Part shown: positions 1-8,786 of the stretch, piece by piece
Layout of the letters: every line of letters starts with the position of its first letter
Numbering within the stretch: the first letter of the stretch is position 1
Assembly: GCF_000017845.1 (NCBI RefSeq)
Contig: NC_010546.1
Coordinates: forward strand, 840,001-872,000
DNA: 32,000 bases
Reading direction: 5' to 3'
From: Crocosphaera subtropica ATCC 51142
GTDB taxonomy: Bacteria; Cyanobacteriota; Cyanobacteriia; Cyanobacteriales; Microcystaceae
Notes under the pieces: model-generated
The model's input: only the letters and a program-made list of their open reading frames with translations
Told to the model about the DNA's origin: nothing
Databases searched by the model: none
Position numbers and translations under genes: made by a program

Positions 1-344
1 GCACTATACTGCCACTTTTCAGTTTTTTGCTTAATTTTTTCTAATTGATAAGCTAATAATTCTCGGATTTCGCCATAGTTTTCTAGCTCAGTGAGATGGG
101 ATTGATTTTGTAATAATTGACTATGTTCTTCTAGTTTTTCGAGTCTTTCAGTGGTTTGGGTAATCATACGATTAGCTAAAGCCAGTTTTTCTGATAATTG
201 TTGTTGATTACCAGAAATCATTATTGGTGCATCTAATAGGTTAATCACCTTTTTGATTTCTGTTAGACATAGGGAAATTTGTTCTTGATAATCGTTTAAA
301 ATGGCTTGTACGGTTTTATTATGGTCAGATGATAAATGATTCAT
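1..344 (-). CDS. Hypothetical coiled-coil protein, N-terminal part only (continues past the left edge)
   Basis: The minus-strand frame is open from the ATG (complement of 342-344) to position 1. It translates as MNHLSSDHNKTVQAILNDYQEQISLCLTEIKKV...LEKIKQKTEKWQYS, which is Q/E/L/K-rich and heptad-like. It is missing from the ORF track because it is open-ended. No family recognised. Confidence 0.4.
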   Translation of the reverse strand, partial: MNHLSSDHNKTVQAILNDYQEQISLCLTEIKKVINLLDAPIMISGNQQQLSEKLALANRMITQTTERLEKLEEHSQLLQNQSHLTELENYGEIRELLAYQLEKIKQKTEKWQYS

Positions 345-606
345 GAAATCTAATCCTAACTATACAACTTCTACAAAATAATTGGATATGATATTAACAC
401 CACTTTTTTGAAAGGTTGGTTATTTTTAGATAGTTTTAACGATTTCTGCTTAAGTTATGACCGCAAAAACCTAAAATTTATTGTTTATTTTATTAATTCT
501 AATACGTCAAGAGATTGACACAAAAGTTTATGAAATAAAACAATATCTGGCTCATTTACGCTGACTAAGTTTGATCACAAAAATAAGACTAAATCCGAGT
601 CCAAGA

Positions 607-633
607 AAGCGATCCCTCCAAGGAGGATCGCTT
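607..633 (-). terminator. Putative intrinsic terminator downstream of the 666..1556 gene
   Basis: Hairpin AAGCGATCCCTCC-AA-GGAGGATCGCTT, about 10 bp with one bulged C, lies about 35 nt past the stop codon. On the minus strand it is followed by TTTCTT. Confidence 0.5.
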
Positions 634-665
634 GAATCTAAGAGACGCTATATATTAATTGCTAT

Positions 666-1556
666 TCACTGAATAGTCGCATTACTAACAGTCCCTCGTT
701 CCACATTAACAGTACATTCGTAGTCAACTTGACGTTGTTGAAACCCTTGAGTTACAACTCCTGAACCTTCAACCCTTTGTTGATCGTTAGCAATATTAAA
801 AATTTGGGGTTCTCCTTGAAAATCAATGGTACTACCAGTGCCTAAATTAATGCCAATAATGCCACCAATATCAATTTGATTAGTAGATATCTCTTCACGA
901 ATTCTGTTATGACAGAGATTAATCATGCGCTGATTACTAATAATTTGATTATCGGTTTCATCGGTGGGGGTGTAGCTAATCCTTGTCACATCCCCTCGTT
1001 GAATATTAACGGTACAATTAAAGCGATAATTTTGAGCCTCCTGTGGTGATTGAGTCACTAATGCGGTGCCTCGCACTCCTTCCTCTGTGTTAGAGATATA
1101 GTAAGTTTCTAAACGGTCATTAAAAGTTACTGAACCATTCAAATCTTCTTCAACAGCCTCCCGGAGTTCTTCTTGACACAGACGAGTGCTAGAGAGGGCT
1201 AGATTGTCCCTAAACGTATAATTGGAGCGACTCAGTAGACCCTCATTAACGTTCACGGTACAATCATAGGTTAAATATCGTTGATTATTACCCTCTCTTA
1301 CCCTTGCCTGTCCTCGTATAGAGGTTTGACCCCTAGATAATGGCGATCGCTCAACGGTTTCAAAAGTAATATTATTGCCGTTGTTCTGTGTCATTTCTCT
1401 ATTGACAGCTAATTTAACTTGAATAGAGGTTTGACATAAATCCGTCACTAAATTATCTAAGTTTTCTTGAGCGAAGACAGATAAGGGACTAATGGTGAAA
1501 GTTCCTAATAGGGAAGCAAGGAGACTAGCACCCATTATTTTAGTTGGTTTAAACAT
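666..1556 (-). CDS. Secreted protein made of three ~85-aa Cys-bracketed repeats (unknown family)
   Basis: 296-aa ORF with a Sec-type signal peptide (MFKPTKIMGASLLASLLGTFTISPLSVFA/QE). Three tandem units each begin L-C-[QH] and end [YF]-x-C-T-V-N-[VI]-x-x-G. There are exactly 6 Cys. Confidence 0.7.
   Translation of the reverse strand: MFKPTKIMGASLLASLLGTFTISPLSVFAQENLDNLVTDLCQTSIQVKLAVNREMTQNNGNNITFETVERSPLSRGQTSIRGQARVREGNNQRYLTYDCTVNVNEGLLSRSNYTFRDNLALSSTRLCQEELREAVEEDLNGSVTFNDRLETYYISNTEEGVRGTALVTQSPQEAQNYRFNCTVNIQRGDVTRISYTPTDETDNQIISNQRMINLCHNRIREEISTNQIDIGGIIGINLGTGSTIDFQGEPQIFNIANDQQRVEGSGVVTQGFQQRQVDYECTVNVERGTVSNATIQ
1343..1350. repeat. HIP1 palindrome GCGATCGC
   Basis: Exact 8-mer read in the sequence. 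Confidence 0.95.
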
Positions 1557-1699
1557 TATTAATTCTTCATATTTTTCCTTGATTCACTCTCAGTATAAAA
1601 AATTTTATTATCAGATATCTATATATCAGAAAAATATAGGCTATAAGGAATAGTCCAAAAGAAATACTTAGCCGAATTTTGTTTATCTCAAACGTTTGT

Positions 1700-2749
1700 T
1701 CAAGAATTTATAAATTTAACTAAACTGGTTAACTTATCCCAAGCGTCACCACTTTTTAGGATATCTTTAGCGGTTTCAATAGCTTTTTGATGATCCTGCC
1801 AAGGAACAATATTTCCCACTTGCAATGCTAACGCAGCATTTAAGGCTACCGCATCCTGTTGAGCTTGGGTTCCTTTTCCCTGTAAAACATTGGTCAAAAT
1901 AGTTGCATTTTCTTCGACATTTCCCCCTTTTAAAGCAGTTAAATCGGCAGCAGTTAACCCCAATGCTTTCGGGTTGATTTCTTCTAAACTGACCTCACCC
2001 TCTTTCAAGAAAGCGACATCGGTGACATCTCCTAACCCGGCTTCGTCTAGGGTTTCTCGGCCATGTAATACCATTCCTTGAGAAATGCCTAATTGATGTA
2101 ATGCTTCGGCCATGGGACTAATAAATTGAGGATGATAAACCCCAATAATTTGACCAGTAGGACGTAAGGGGTTGACTAAAGGGCCCAATAAATTAAAAAT
2201 AGTGCGTACCTTTAACGTTTTTCGTAACGGGGCAACGTGCTTCATGGCAGGGTGCCAACCTGGGGCGAATAGAAAAGTAATACCCACGGTTTCCAAGGCT
2301 TCAGCAACCTTTTCCGGGGTAGCTGAGAGTTTCACCCCTAAATATTCCAAAACATCGGCTGATCCCACTTTACTCGAAGCCGAACGGTTTCCGTGTTTAG
2401 CCACTTTAATTCCGGCTGCAGCAGCAACAAAAGCCACCGCCGTAGAAATATTAAAGGTCGAAGCCCCGTCTCCTCCAGTTCCACAGGTATCGATGACAGG
2501 AACATGGTGAGAGATGGGGGTTTCTTGGACAGACTGGTGTTGCAACACTTGGGCCATTCCTGCTAATTCATCGGCCGAGACACCTTTAGCTTGAATTGTC
2601 ACTAAAATGGCCCCCGATAACACAGGGGGAATGGTTTCGTCTAACCACCCTTGCATGAGTTGAGAGGCTTGGGTTTGGGAGAGAGACTGACCATCAAGGA
2701 GTTGTTGCAATAAGCTTTGTGTAAATTCTAAAGAATCTTGAGTGACCAT
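1700..2749 (-). CDS. trpD: Anthranilate phosphoribosyltransferase
   Basis: 349 aa. Carries the diagnostic motifs [17 protein letters not shown] and [18 protein letters not shown]. Length and layout are typical of TrpD. Confidence 0.95.
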   Translation of the reverse strand: MVTQDSLEFTQSLLQQLLDGQSLSQTQASQLMQGWLDETIPPVLSGAILVTIQAKGVSADELAGMAQVLQHQSVQETPISHHVPVIDTCGTGGDGASTFNISTAVAFVAAAAGIKVAKHGNRSASSKVGSADVLEYLGVKLSATPEKVAEALETVGITFLFAPGWHPAMKHVAPLRKTLKVRTIFNLLGPLVNPLRPTGQIIGVYHPQFISPMAEALHQLGISQGMVLHGRETLDEAGLGDVTDVAFLKEGEVSLEEINPKALGLTAADLTALKGGNVEENATILTNVLQGKGTQAQQDAVALNAALALQVGNIVPWQDHQKAIETAKDILKSGDAWDKLTSLVKFINS

Positions 2750-2873
2750 TAAACAGTGAATTTAAGTGATAACCAGTAACTGATTTCACCATACCCCATT
2801 TTGGGCTAAGTGAGATTGAGATCATGAAAATATTAGCAAACTAAACGGGAATACTGACTCTAGAGAGTCAATA

Positions 2874-3155
2874 GTGATCCCTATGATACCAGCGCACAAG
2901 TTCCGAAGAAGTATTGCAGTCACAGAGACTGGAAAACGCAAACTCAGAGAAGCACAAAAGCTAAAGAGTGGTAAACGTATCACCTATGAAGACATTGAGG
3001 AAGTGTTAGACTTCCAAGTGTCTCGAAGTACCATTGAACGATTTTTTCGGGGAAAAGCGGTGGAAATTGAGAATGCTATTAGCATTGTAGAGGCACTAGG
3101 TTTAGACTTAGAAGAGGTGGTTGACGTTACTATGTACCAAAAAATTTTAGGGTAA
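2874..3155 (+). CDS. Small stand-alone helix-turn-helix protein
   Basis: 93-aa ORF with a GTG start at 2874 (alternative ATG at 2883). The segment [48 protein letters not shown] resembles the N-terminal HTH module found on many cyanobacterial STAND/WD40-type proteins. Its 3' end overlaps the convergent menB by 9 nt. Confidence 0.45.
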   Translation: MIPMIPAHKFRRSIAVTETGKRKLREAQKLKSGKRITYEDIEEVLDFQVSRSTIERFFRGKAVEIENAISIVEALGLDLEEVVDVTMYQKILG

Positions 3156-3980
3156 CCAGGGATATTGCCGAAAATTAGGGGGACGCTTCTCTAAAAAGGC
3201 TTGTTTTCCTTCTGCTCCTTCTTCTGTCATATAGTAGAGTAAGGTGGCATTTCCTGCTAACTCTTGTAGCCCCGCTTGTCCGTCACAGTCAGCATTAAAA
3301 GCAGCTTTGAGACAACGAATCGCAATCGGACTCTTGCTCAAGATTTCTTTTGCCCATTGCACCCCTTCTGTTTCTAATTGTTCTACGGGAACGACACAAT
3401 TGACTAATCCCATCTCTAAGGCTTGTTCAGCATTATACTGACGACAGAGAAACCAAATTTCTCTCGCTTTTTTTTGTCCGATAATACGGGCTAAATAACT
3501 TGCTCCAAACCCACCGTCAAAACTGCCAACTTTCGGACCAGTTTGCCCAAAAACGGCGTTATCAGCAGCGATGGTGAGATCGCAGATAACATGGAGTACA
3601 TGGCCACCGCCGATCGCATATCCGGCCACTAGGGCAATAACCACTTTAGGCATTGATCGGATCAACCGTTGCAAGTCTAGCACATTCAAACGAGGAATCC
3701 CTGCATCGTCCACATATCCGGCTTGCCCTCGAACACTTTGGTCCCCACCGGAACAAAATGCGTATTTTCCATCGGTATGGGGTCCAGCCCCGGTGAGTAA
3801 AATGACCCCAATGCTACTATCCTCTCTCGCATCACAAAAGGCATCGTATAATTCAAATACGGTTTTGGGACGAAAGGCGTTGCGTTTGTGGGGACGGTTA
3901 ATGGTGATTTTGGCGATCCCGTCCGCTTTATGATACAAGATATCTTCGTAGGTTTTGGCAATTTGCCAGGTTATTTCCAT
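3147..3980 (-). CDS. menB: 1,4-dihydroxy-2-naphthoyl-CoA synthase (phylloquinone pathway)
   Basis: 277-aa crotonase-fold protein. Contains [11 protein letters not shown] and [27 protein letters not shown], with a C-terminus ...[16 protein letters not shown] typical of MenB. Confidence 0.95.
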   Translation of the reverse strand: MEITWQIAKTYEDILYHKADGIAKITINRPHKRNAFRPKTVFELYDAFCDAREDSSIGVILLTGAGPHTDGKYAFCSGGDQSVRGQAGYVDDAGIPRLNVLDLQRLIRSMPKVVIALVAGYAIGGGHVLHVICDLTIAADNAVFGQTGPKVGSFDGGFGASYLARIIGQKKAREIWFLCRQYNAEQALEMGLVNCVVPVEQLETEGVQWAKEILSKSPIAIRCLKAAFNADCDGQAGLQELAGNATLLYYMTEEGAEGKQAFLEKRPPNFRQYPWLP

Positions 3981-4076
3981 TGGTCAGGGCAAAATAAGCA
4001 TCAATAGTCCATTAAACCATGATCTGAGTCCTGACCTATCTAAATAAAACAACAAGTTTAATTACCAATAACATCT

Positions 4077-4098
4077 ACATTGTATAACAATGTATAAT
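4077..4098 (+). promoter_or_regulatory. Putative mazE promoter and operator
   Basis: The inverted repeat ACATTGT-ATA-ACAATGT (4077-4093) overlaps an extended -10 TGTATAAT (4091-4098), about 22 nt upstream of the mazE ATG. This layout is typical of autoregulated toxin-antitoxin promoters. Confidence 0.4.
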
Positions 4099-4119
4099 GT
4101 TTAAAAAAAGAGTGGAACT

Positions 4120-4371
4120 ATGGAAATAGGAGTGAAAAAATGGGGAAATAGTCTGGGTTTGAGAATACCTTATAAAGTTGCTGAAAGTTTTGGCATTGAA
4201 GAAAACTCAGTAATTGAGTTAACAGAATCAGAAACGGCGTTAATAATTACCAAAAAGAGAAAAGTAAGTAATCTTGACGAATTATTGGCCAGTATACCTC
4301 CAGATTTTGAGTATCCTGATGACGTTATTGATTTCGTTGAAAGTGAGACTCAAGGACGAGAATTAATTTAA
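4120..4371 (+). CDS. mazE: MazE/PemI-type (AbrB/SpoVT fold) antitoxin
   Basis: 83 aa. The N-terminus MEIGVKKWGNSLGLRIPYKVAESFGI is the swapped-hairpin motif of MazE-family antitoxins. The tail is acidic (DFEYPDDVIDFVESETQGRE). Confidence 0.8.
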   Translation: MEIGVKKWGNSLGLRIPYKVAESFGIEENSVIELTESETALIITKKRKVSNLDELLASIPPDFEYPDDVIDFVESETQGRELI

Positions 4372-4374
4372 AAA

Positions 4375-4484
4375 ATGTTTAATCTTTCAAAAGGAGAAAT
4401 TATTGGTGGAAAACTACAGAGGAAATTTTGCCTAAAGATTTTTTTGATTATGTTGTAGAGACTTTTTTAGTGATTATTAAATAA
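4375..4484 (+). pseudogene. Probable internally deleted mazF/pemK toxin remnant
   Basis: An ATG lies 4 nt after the mazE stop. MFNLSKGEII resembles the first strand of MazF toxins (xxKGDI/V). The frame then collapses. A second frame reads WKTTEEILPKDFFDYVVETFLVIIK*, which looks like a toxin C-terminal helix. About 110 nt is present, against about 330 nt for an intact gene. Confidence 0.3.
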
Positions 4485-4602
4485 TTAATCTTTTTTTTAT
4501 TCTATGTATGTTTATAATATGTTTTTTGATTCTTGATAATAATCTCATTTGGCTTCAGATAAATTTTTTTCTCAAAGGGTTTGAAATCAGATAAATATAA
4601 TT

Positions 4603-5343
4603 TTATTTTTTAGCTACGAGAAAAACAAAGCGATCGCAAAATTCTAAATTAGAGATATTTGTATATTTTTCTTCCATTTCTTGTAATCCTTGATTAAGTT
4701 CTTTATCGTTAAATCTCGATAATAATGACATATATCTATTGCTGACCATGTTAAAATATTTTTCTTTTGAGATAGAAACATTATAATCTATAAAGTTTAC
4801 TGTCGTTTTAAAACCGATATTTTCACAGAGATTAACTAAATTATTATAGTGAGGTTGTACAGACTCATACACCGATAATGCTTGTTGAAATAAAGGATAT
4901 TCAATAGTGGGAGGCAGTAAAATAATTAATAAAATTCCTTGTTTATTTAATCGATCAAATAATCCTGTTAAAAGTTTTTCTTTATCATTAATATGATGAA
5001 TCATTTCTTTGATTAAAATTTTATCATATTTTCCAGGCTCATTAGCAAATTTTACAGCATCTTTAACCACTGTTTGATAATAAGTATTATTGGGGATTTT
5101 TTCTAGCATTTTATCAGAAGGATCAACACAAATAATTTTATTTTCTAGGTTTATTTGTGTTCTAATTGCTTTACCGTAAATCCCTGTACCACATCCCAAG
5201 TCTACTAAAATATCTGTTATCTTTAATTGTAAATGTTCAATAATGGCTTGACTTAAAAAATCAATAAACTCAGAAGAATTCGCCCAAAAATCGTCATACT
5301 GATTAGCTAATTTTTGATAATGCTCTTGGATTGAATATTGCAT
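4603..5343 (-). CDS. Class I SAM-dependent methyltransferase
   Basis: 246 aa with SAM-binding motif I (ILVDLGCGTGIYG) and a Rossmann-like alternation downstream. The gene is visibly more AT-rich than its neighbours. Confidence 0.85.
   Translation of the reverse strand: MQYSIQEHYQKLANQYDDFWANSSEFIDFLSQAIIEHLQLKITDILVDLGCGTGIYGKAIRTQINLENKIICVDPSDKMLEKIPNNTYYQTVVKDAVKFANEPGKYDKILIKEMIHHINDKEKLLTGLFDRLNKQGILLIILLPPTIEYPLFQQALSVYESVQPHYNNLVNLCENIGFKTTVNFIDYNVSISKEKYFNMVSNRYMSLLSRFNDKELNQGLQEMEEKYTNISNLEFCDRFVFLVAKK
4630..4637. repeat. HIP1 palindrome GCGATCGC
   Basis: Exact 8-mer read in the sequence. Confidence 0.95.
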
Positions 5344-5430
5344 TCTATTACCACTTTAAAAGTATCAATGGGTTTAGCATTGCTAAACCCCTACAAATTC
5401 TTAACAACGCTATTATTAATGAGGTAACTA

Positions 5431-6054
5431 TTAACGACCTAAAGATTCTTTAATGATATCCACTAAGCTCGTTCCTCCCCAAATAGCAACCATAATAATC
5501 GAAGTAGAAAGAACACCAGCCAAACAACAAATAACCAACCCTCCTAAACTAATAAACCCATCATCTTCTTGAAGTCCAAAAGCCGTTACAAAAATACCGA
5601 TCGCAGGTAAAGTATTGGTTCCAGGAATAGGGATCATCATCGAAATGGACATTAAAGCAATAGCAACTCCAATAATAATTCTTCCAGGAATACTGGTACA
5701 AATATAAGTCATTCTCGGACGGGTCAAAGCTTCGATCCGTTGTAACCAAGGATTGCCTTTTTTAATAAAAGCTTGGATGGTTTCTAATTTCATTGATCCT
5801 TTCATCATCCTTTCAGGAAGCCAAGGAATTTTTGCTCCGGCAATGAGTTGTATTGCTAACAAAAACATCAAAATTCCAAAAGGAATAGAATATCCAGGGG
5901 CAGGAATTGGTAAAGCAGAGGGTAAGGCCAAAATTACAAATAAAAAGCCAAAAACTCGTTCTCCGGCTAACTCTAAAATATCAATTAATTTTACATCCGA
6001 GGAGCGTTCCTCTTGGAAAAAATAACGATTTAATTCCACTGATAATTTTGCCAT
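5431..6054 (-). CDS. ExoD-family (exopolysaccharide synthesis) membrane protein
   Basis: I prefer the ATG at 6054 (MAKLSVELNRYF...) to the TTG at 6090 used in the ORF track. It is a multi-TM protein. The segment LIDILELAGERVFGFLFVILALPSALPIPAPGYS matches my memory of the ExoD family N-terminal signature. Confidence 0.75.
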   Translation of the reverse strand: MAKLSVELNRYFFQEERSSDVKLIDILELAGERVFGFLFVILALPSALPIPAPGYSIPFGILMFLLAIQLIAGAKIPWLPERMMKGSMKLETIQAFIKKGNPWLQRIEALTRPRMTYICTSIPGRIIIGVAIALMSISMMIPIPGTNTLPAIGIFVTAFGLQEDDGFISLGGLVICCLAGVLSTSIIMVAIWGGTSLVDIIKESLGR

Positions 6055-6104
6055 AGTGATTTTATTGAGAAATAAAAAAAAGATTGACAATCAATATACC
6101 ATAT

Positions 6105-6131
6105 TAAAAAAAGGGTAGGAATGACCTACCC
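6105..6131 (-). terminator. Rho-independent terminator after ahcY
   Basis: The minus strand reads GGGTAGG-TCATTC-CTACCC followed by TTTTTTT(AAT), about 75 nt past the ahcY stop. Confidence 0.7.
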
Positions 6132-6207
6132 GAAAAGATTTGAATCCTTAACCACCACAGACAAAACACTTAAGCTATATTGCCGTTTGTCTGGGGAATG
6201 ACTAAGA

Positions 6208-7503
<1,296 letters not shown>

Positions 7504-7681
7504 TCAAAATGATGTGCTAACAGGCCAGTTTAACGCAATATCACATTTTTACGAACCTTTGGCTATGTATTAACCGGTGAACAGGGGACAGTGACGAATA
7601 AATTTAACTGGTCAGTGATCCTAGAAATTTATCAAGATATTGCAGTAACATAAGTTTACAAAGCCTATCAGAATTAGCTCG

Positions 7682-8527
7682 ATGAAATCCCCAAAAACCT
7701 CTCATCAAGGACAGGGCTGGTCCCTGGATGAACGTGACCCTAAATTTATAGAACAGGTGATGCCTTACTGGAAATGGTTTTATGATCACTATTTTCGTGT
7801 CAAAACCGATGGTTGGCATCATATTCCCCCTAATGGTCCTGTTTTATTGGTGGGGTCCCATAACGGGGGTTTGGCTTCTCCAGATACATCGATGATGATG
7901 TACGATTGGTTTCGTCGTTTTGGTACGGAACGTTTATGTTATGGGTTAATGCACCAGTCTGCTTGGCAGATTAACCCTTCTTTAGCTAAGCTGGCCATGA
8001 AAACTGGGGCAGTGCGGGCCCATCCTAAAATGGGAATTGCAGCCCTAAAACGAGGAGCCGGCGTTTTAGTTTATCCAGGAGGGGCGCAAGATGTGTTTCG
8101 TCCTTATAAGGATCGTCATAAAATTGAATTCGCAGGGCGTAAAGGCTTTATTAAACTAGCGTTACGAGAAAAGGTGACCATTATTCCTCTCATTTCTGTA
8201 GGGTCCCACGAAACCTTATTTATTATGGGTGATTGTTACGAACAAATGAAAGTGTTGCATGAGTGGGGGATGCCTTGGTTTAATGATTTTGATCCAGAAG
8301 TCTTTCCGATTTATCTGGGTTTACCTTGGGGGGTTGGTATCGGTCCTGCGCCTAATTTTCCCCTCCCTATGCCTATTCATACTCGTGTTTGTCCTCCTAT
8401 TGTTTTTGAACGCTATGGAAGAGCGGCAGCCCGCGATCGCACTTATGTAGAGGCTTGTTATGATTTAGTGGTGACTAAAATGCAGCAAGGGTTAGATCAA
8501 TTAGTCATTGATAGTGGCAAGGTATAA
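7682..8527 (+). CDS. Acyltransferase, lysophospholipid/glycerolipid acyltransferase superfamily
   Basis: 281 aa. The segments PVLLVGSHNGGLASPD and VLVYPGGAQDVFRP resemble the catalytic and substrate-binding blocks of LPLAT/DGAT-like acyltransferases. The exact substrate is not inferable. Confidence 0.7.
   Translation: MKSPKTSHQGQGWSLDERDPKFIEQVMPYWKWFYDHYFRVKTDGWHHIPPNGPVLLVGSHNGGLASPDTSMMMYDWFRRFGTERLCYGLMHQSAWQINPSLAKLAMKTGAVRAHPKMGIAALKRGAGVLVYPGGAQDVFRPYKDRHKIEFAGRKGFIKLALREKVTIIPLISVGSHETLFIMGDCYEQMKVLHEWGMPWFNDFDPEVFPIYLGLPWGVGIGPAPNFPLPMPIHTRVCPPIVFERYGRAAARDRTYVEACYDLVVTKMQQGLDQLVIDSGKV
8433..8440. repeat. HIP1 palindrome GCGATCGC
   Basis: Exact 8-mer read in the sequence. Confidence 0.95.
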
Positions 8528-8564
8528 TTAAACTCAGTCGCTCAAAAAGTTGCTTGTTTGGGTT

Positions 8565-8750
8565 GCATGGGAGCGTCGGAGCAGGGAGAAGGGGAGATTA
8601 TTGTAAAGTTTTTTAGAGTAAATATATACTCTTCGCCTTATTAACCTCTCAATTTCTCGTTTATAATCATGAAGTTTTTTAAGATGAAATAGAAATAAAA
8701 AATTATACAAATTATGTCTCTCCCTGCTCCCCCACTCCCTGCTCCCATGC
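8565..8750. repeat. Imperfect GGGAGC-rich inverted repeats flanking an AT-rich core of about 120 bp (MITE-like element or large bidirectional hairpin)
   Basis: The left arm is GCATGGGAGCGTCGGAGCAGGGAGAAGGGGAG (8565-8596). The reverse complement of the right arm (8717-8750) is GCATGGGAGCAGGGAGTGGGGGAGCAGGGAGAG. The arms share the 10-mers GCATGGGAGC and GAGCAGGGAG. The right arm also carries TCCCTGCTCCC twice (8721-8731 and 8736-8746). Confidence 0.5.
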
Positions 8751-8786
8751 TGTCTTGACTAGCAATTTAACTCAACAACAGCTTAG

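Noticed and set aside
1890-2510. Plus-strand ORFs 1890..2081 and 2172..2510 from the ORF track
   Set aside because: They lie entirely antisense inside the well-supported trpD gene. The proteins are low-complexity, rich in P/S/A/T/K, with no motifs.
3244-3961. ORFs 3244..3441(+), 3571..3933(+) and 3686..3961(-)
   Set aside because: They are embedded in menB, either antisense or in an alternative frame. menB accounts for the whole interval with strong motifs.
6055-6090. TTG-extended N-termini given in the ORF track for the ExoD-family gene (6090), the MerA-like gene (25007), the pilin-like gene (25990) and the amidohydrolase (19392)
   Set aside because: In each case an ATG a few codons downstream gives a more plausible start, with a better RBS or a family-typical N-terminus. 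The extensions add only non-conserved residues.
7604-8450. ORFs 7604..7822(-) and 8259..8450(+)
   Set aside because: The first overlaps the acyltransferase start region on the opposite strand, and the second is an alternative frame inside it. Neither has an RBS or recognisable features.
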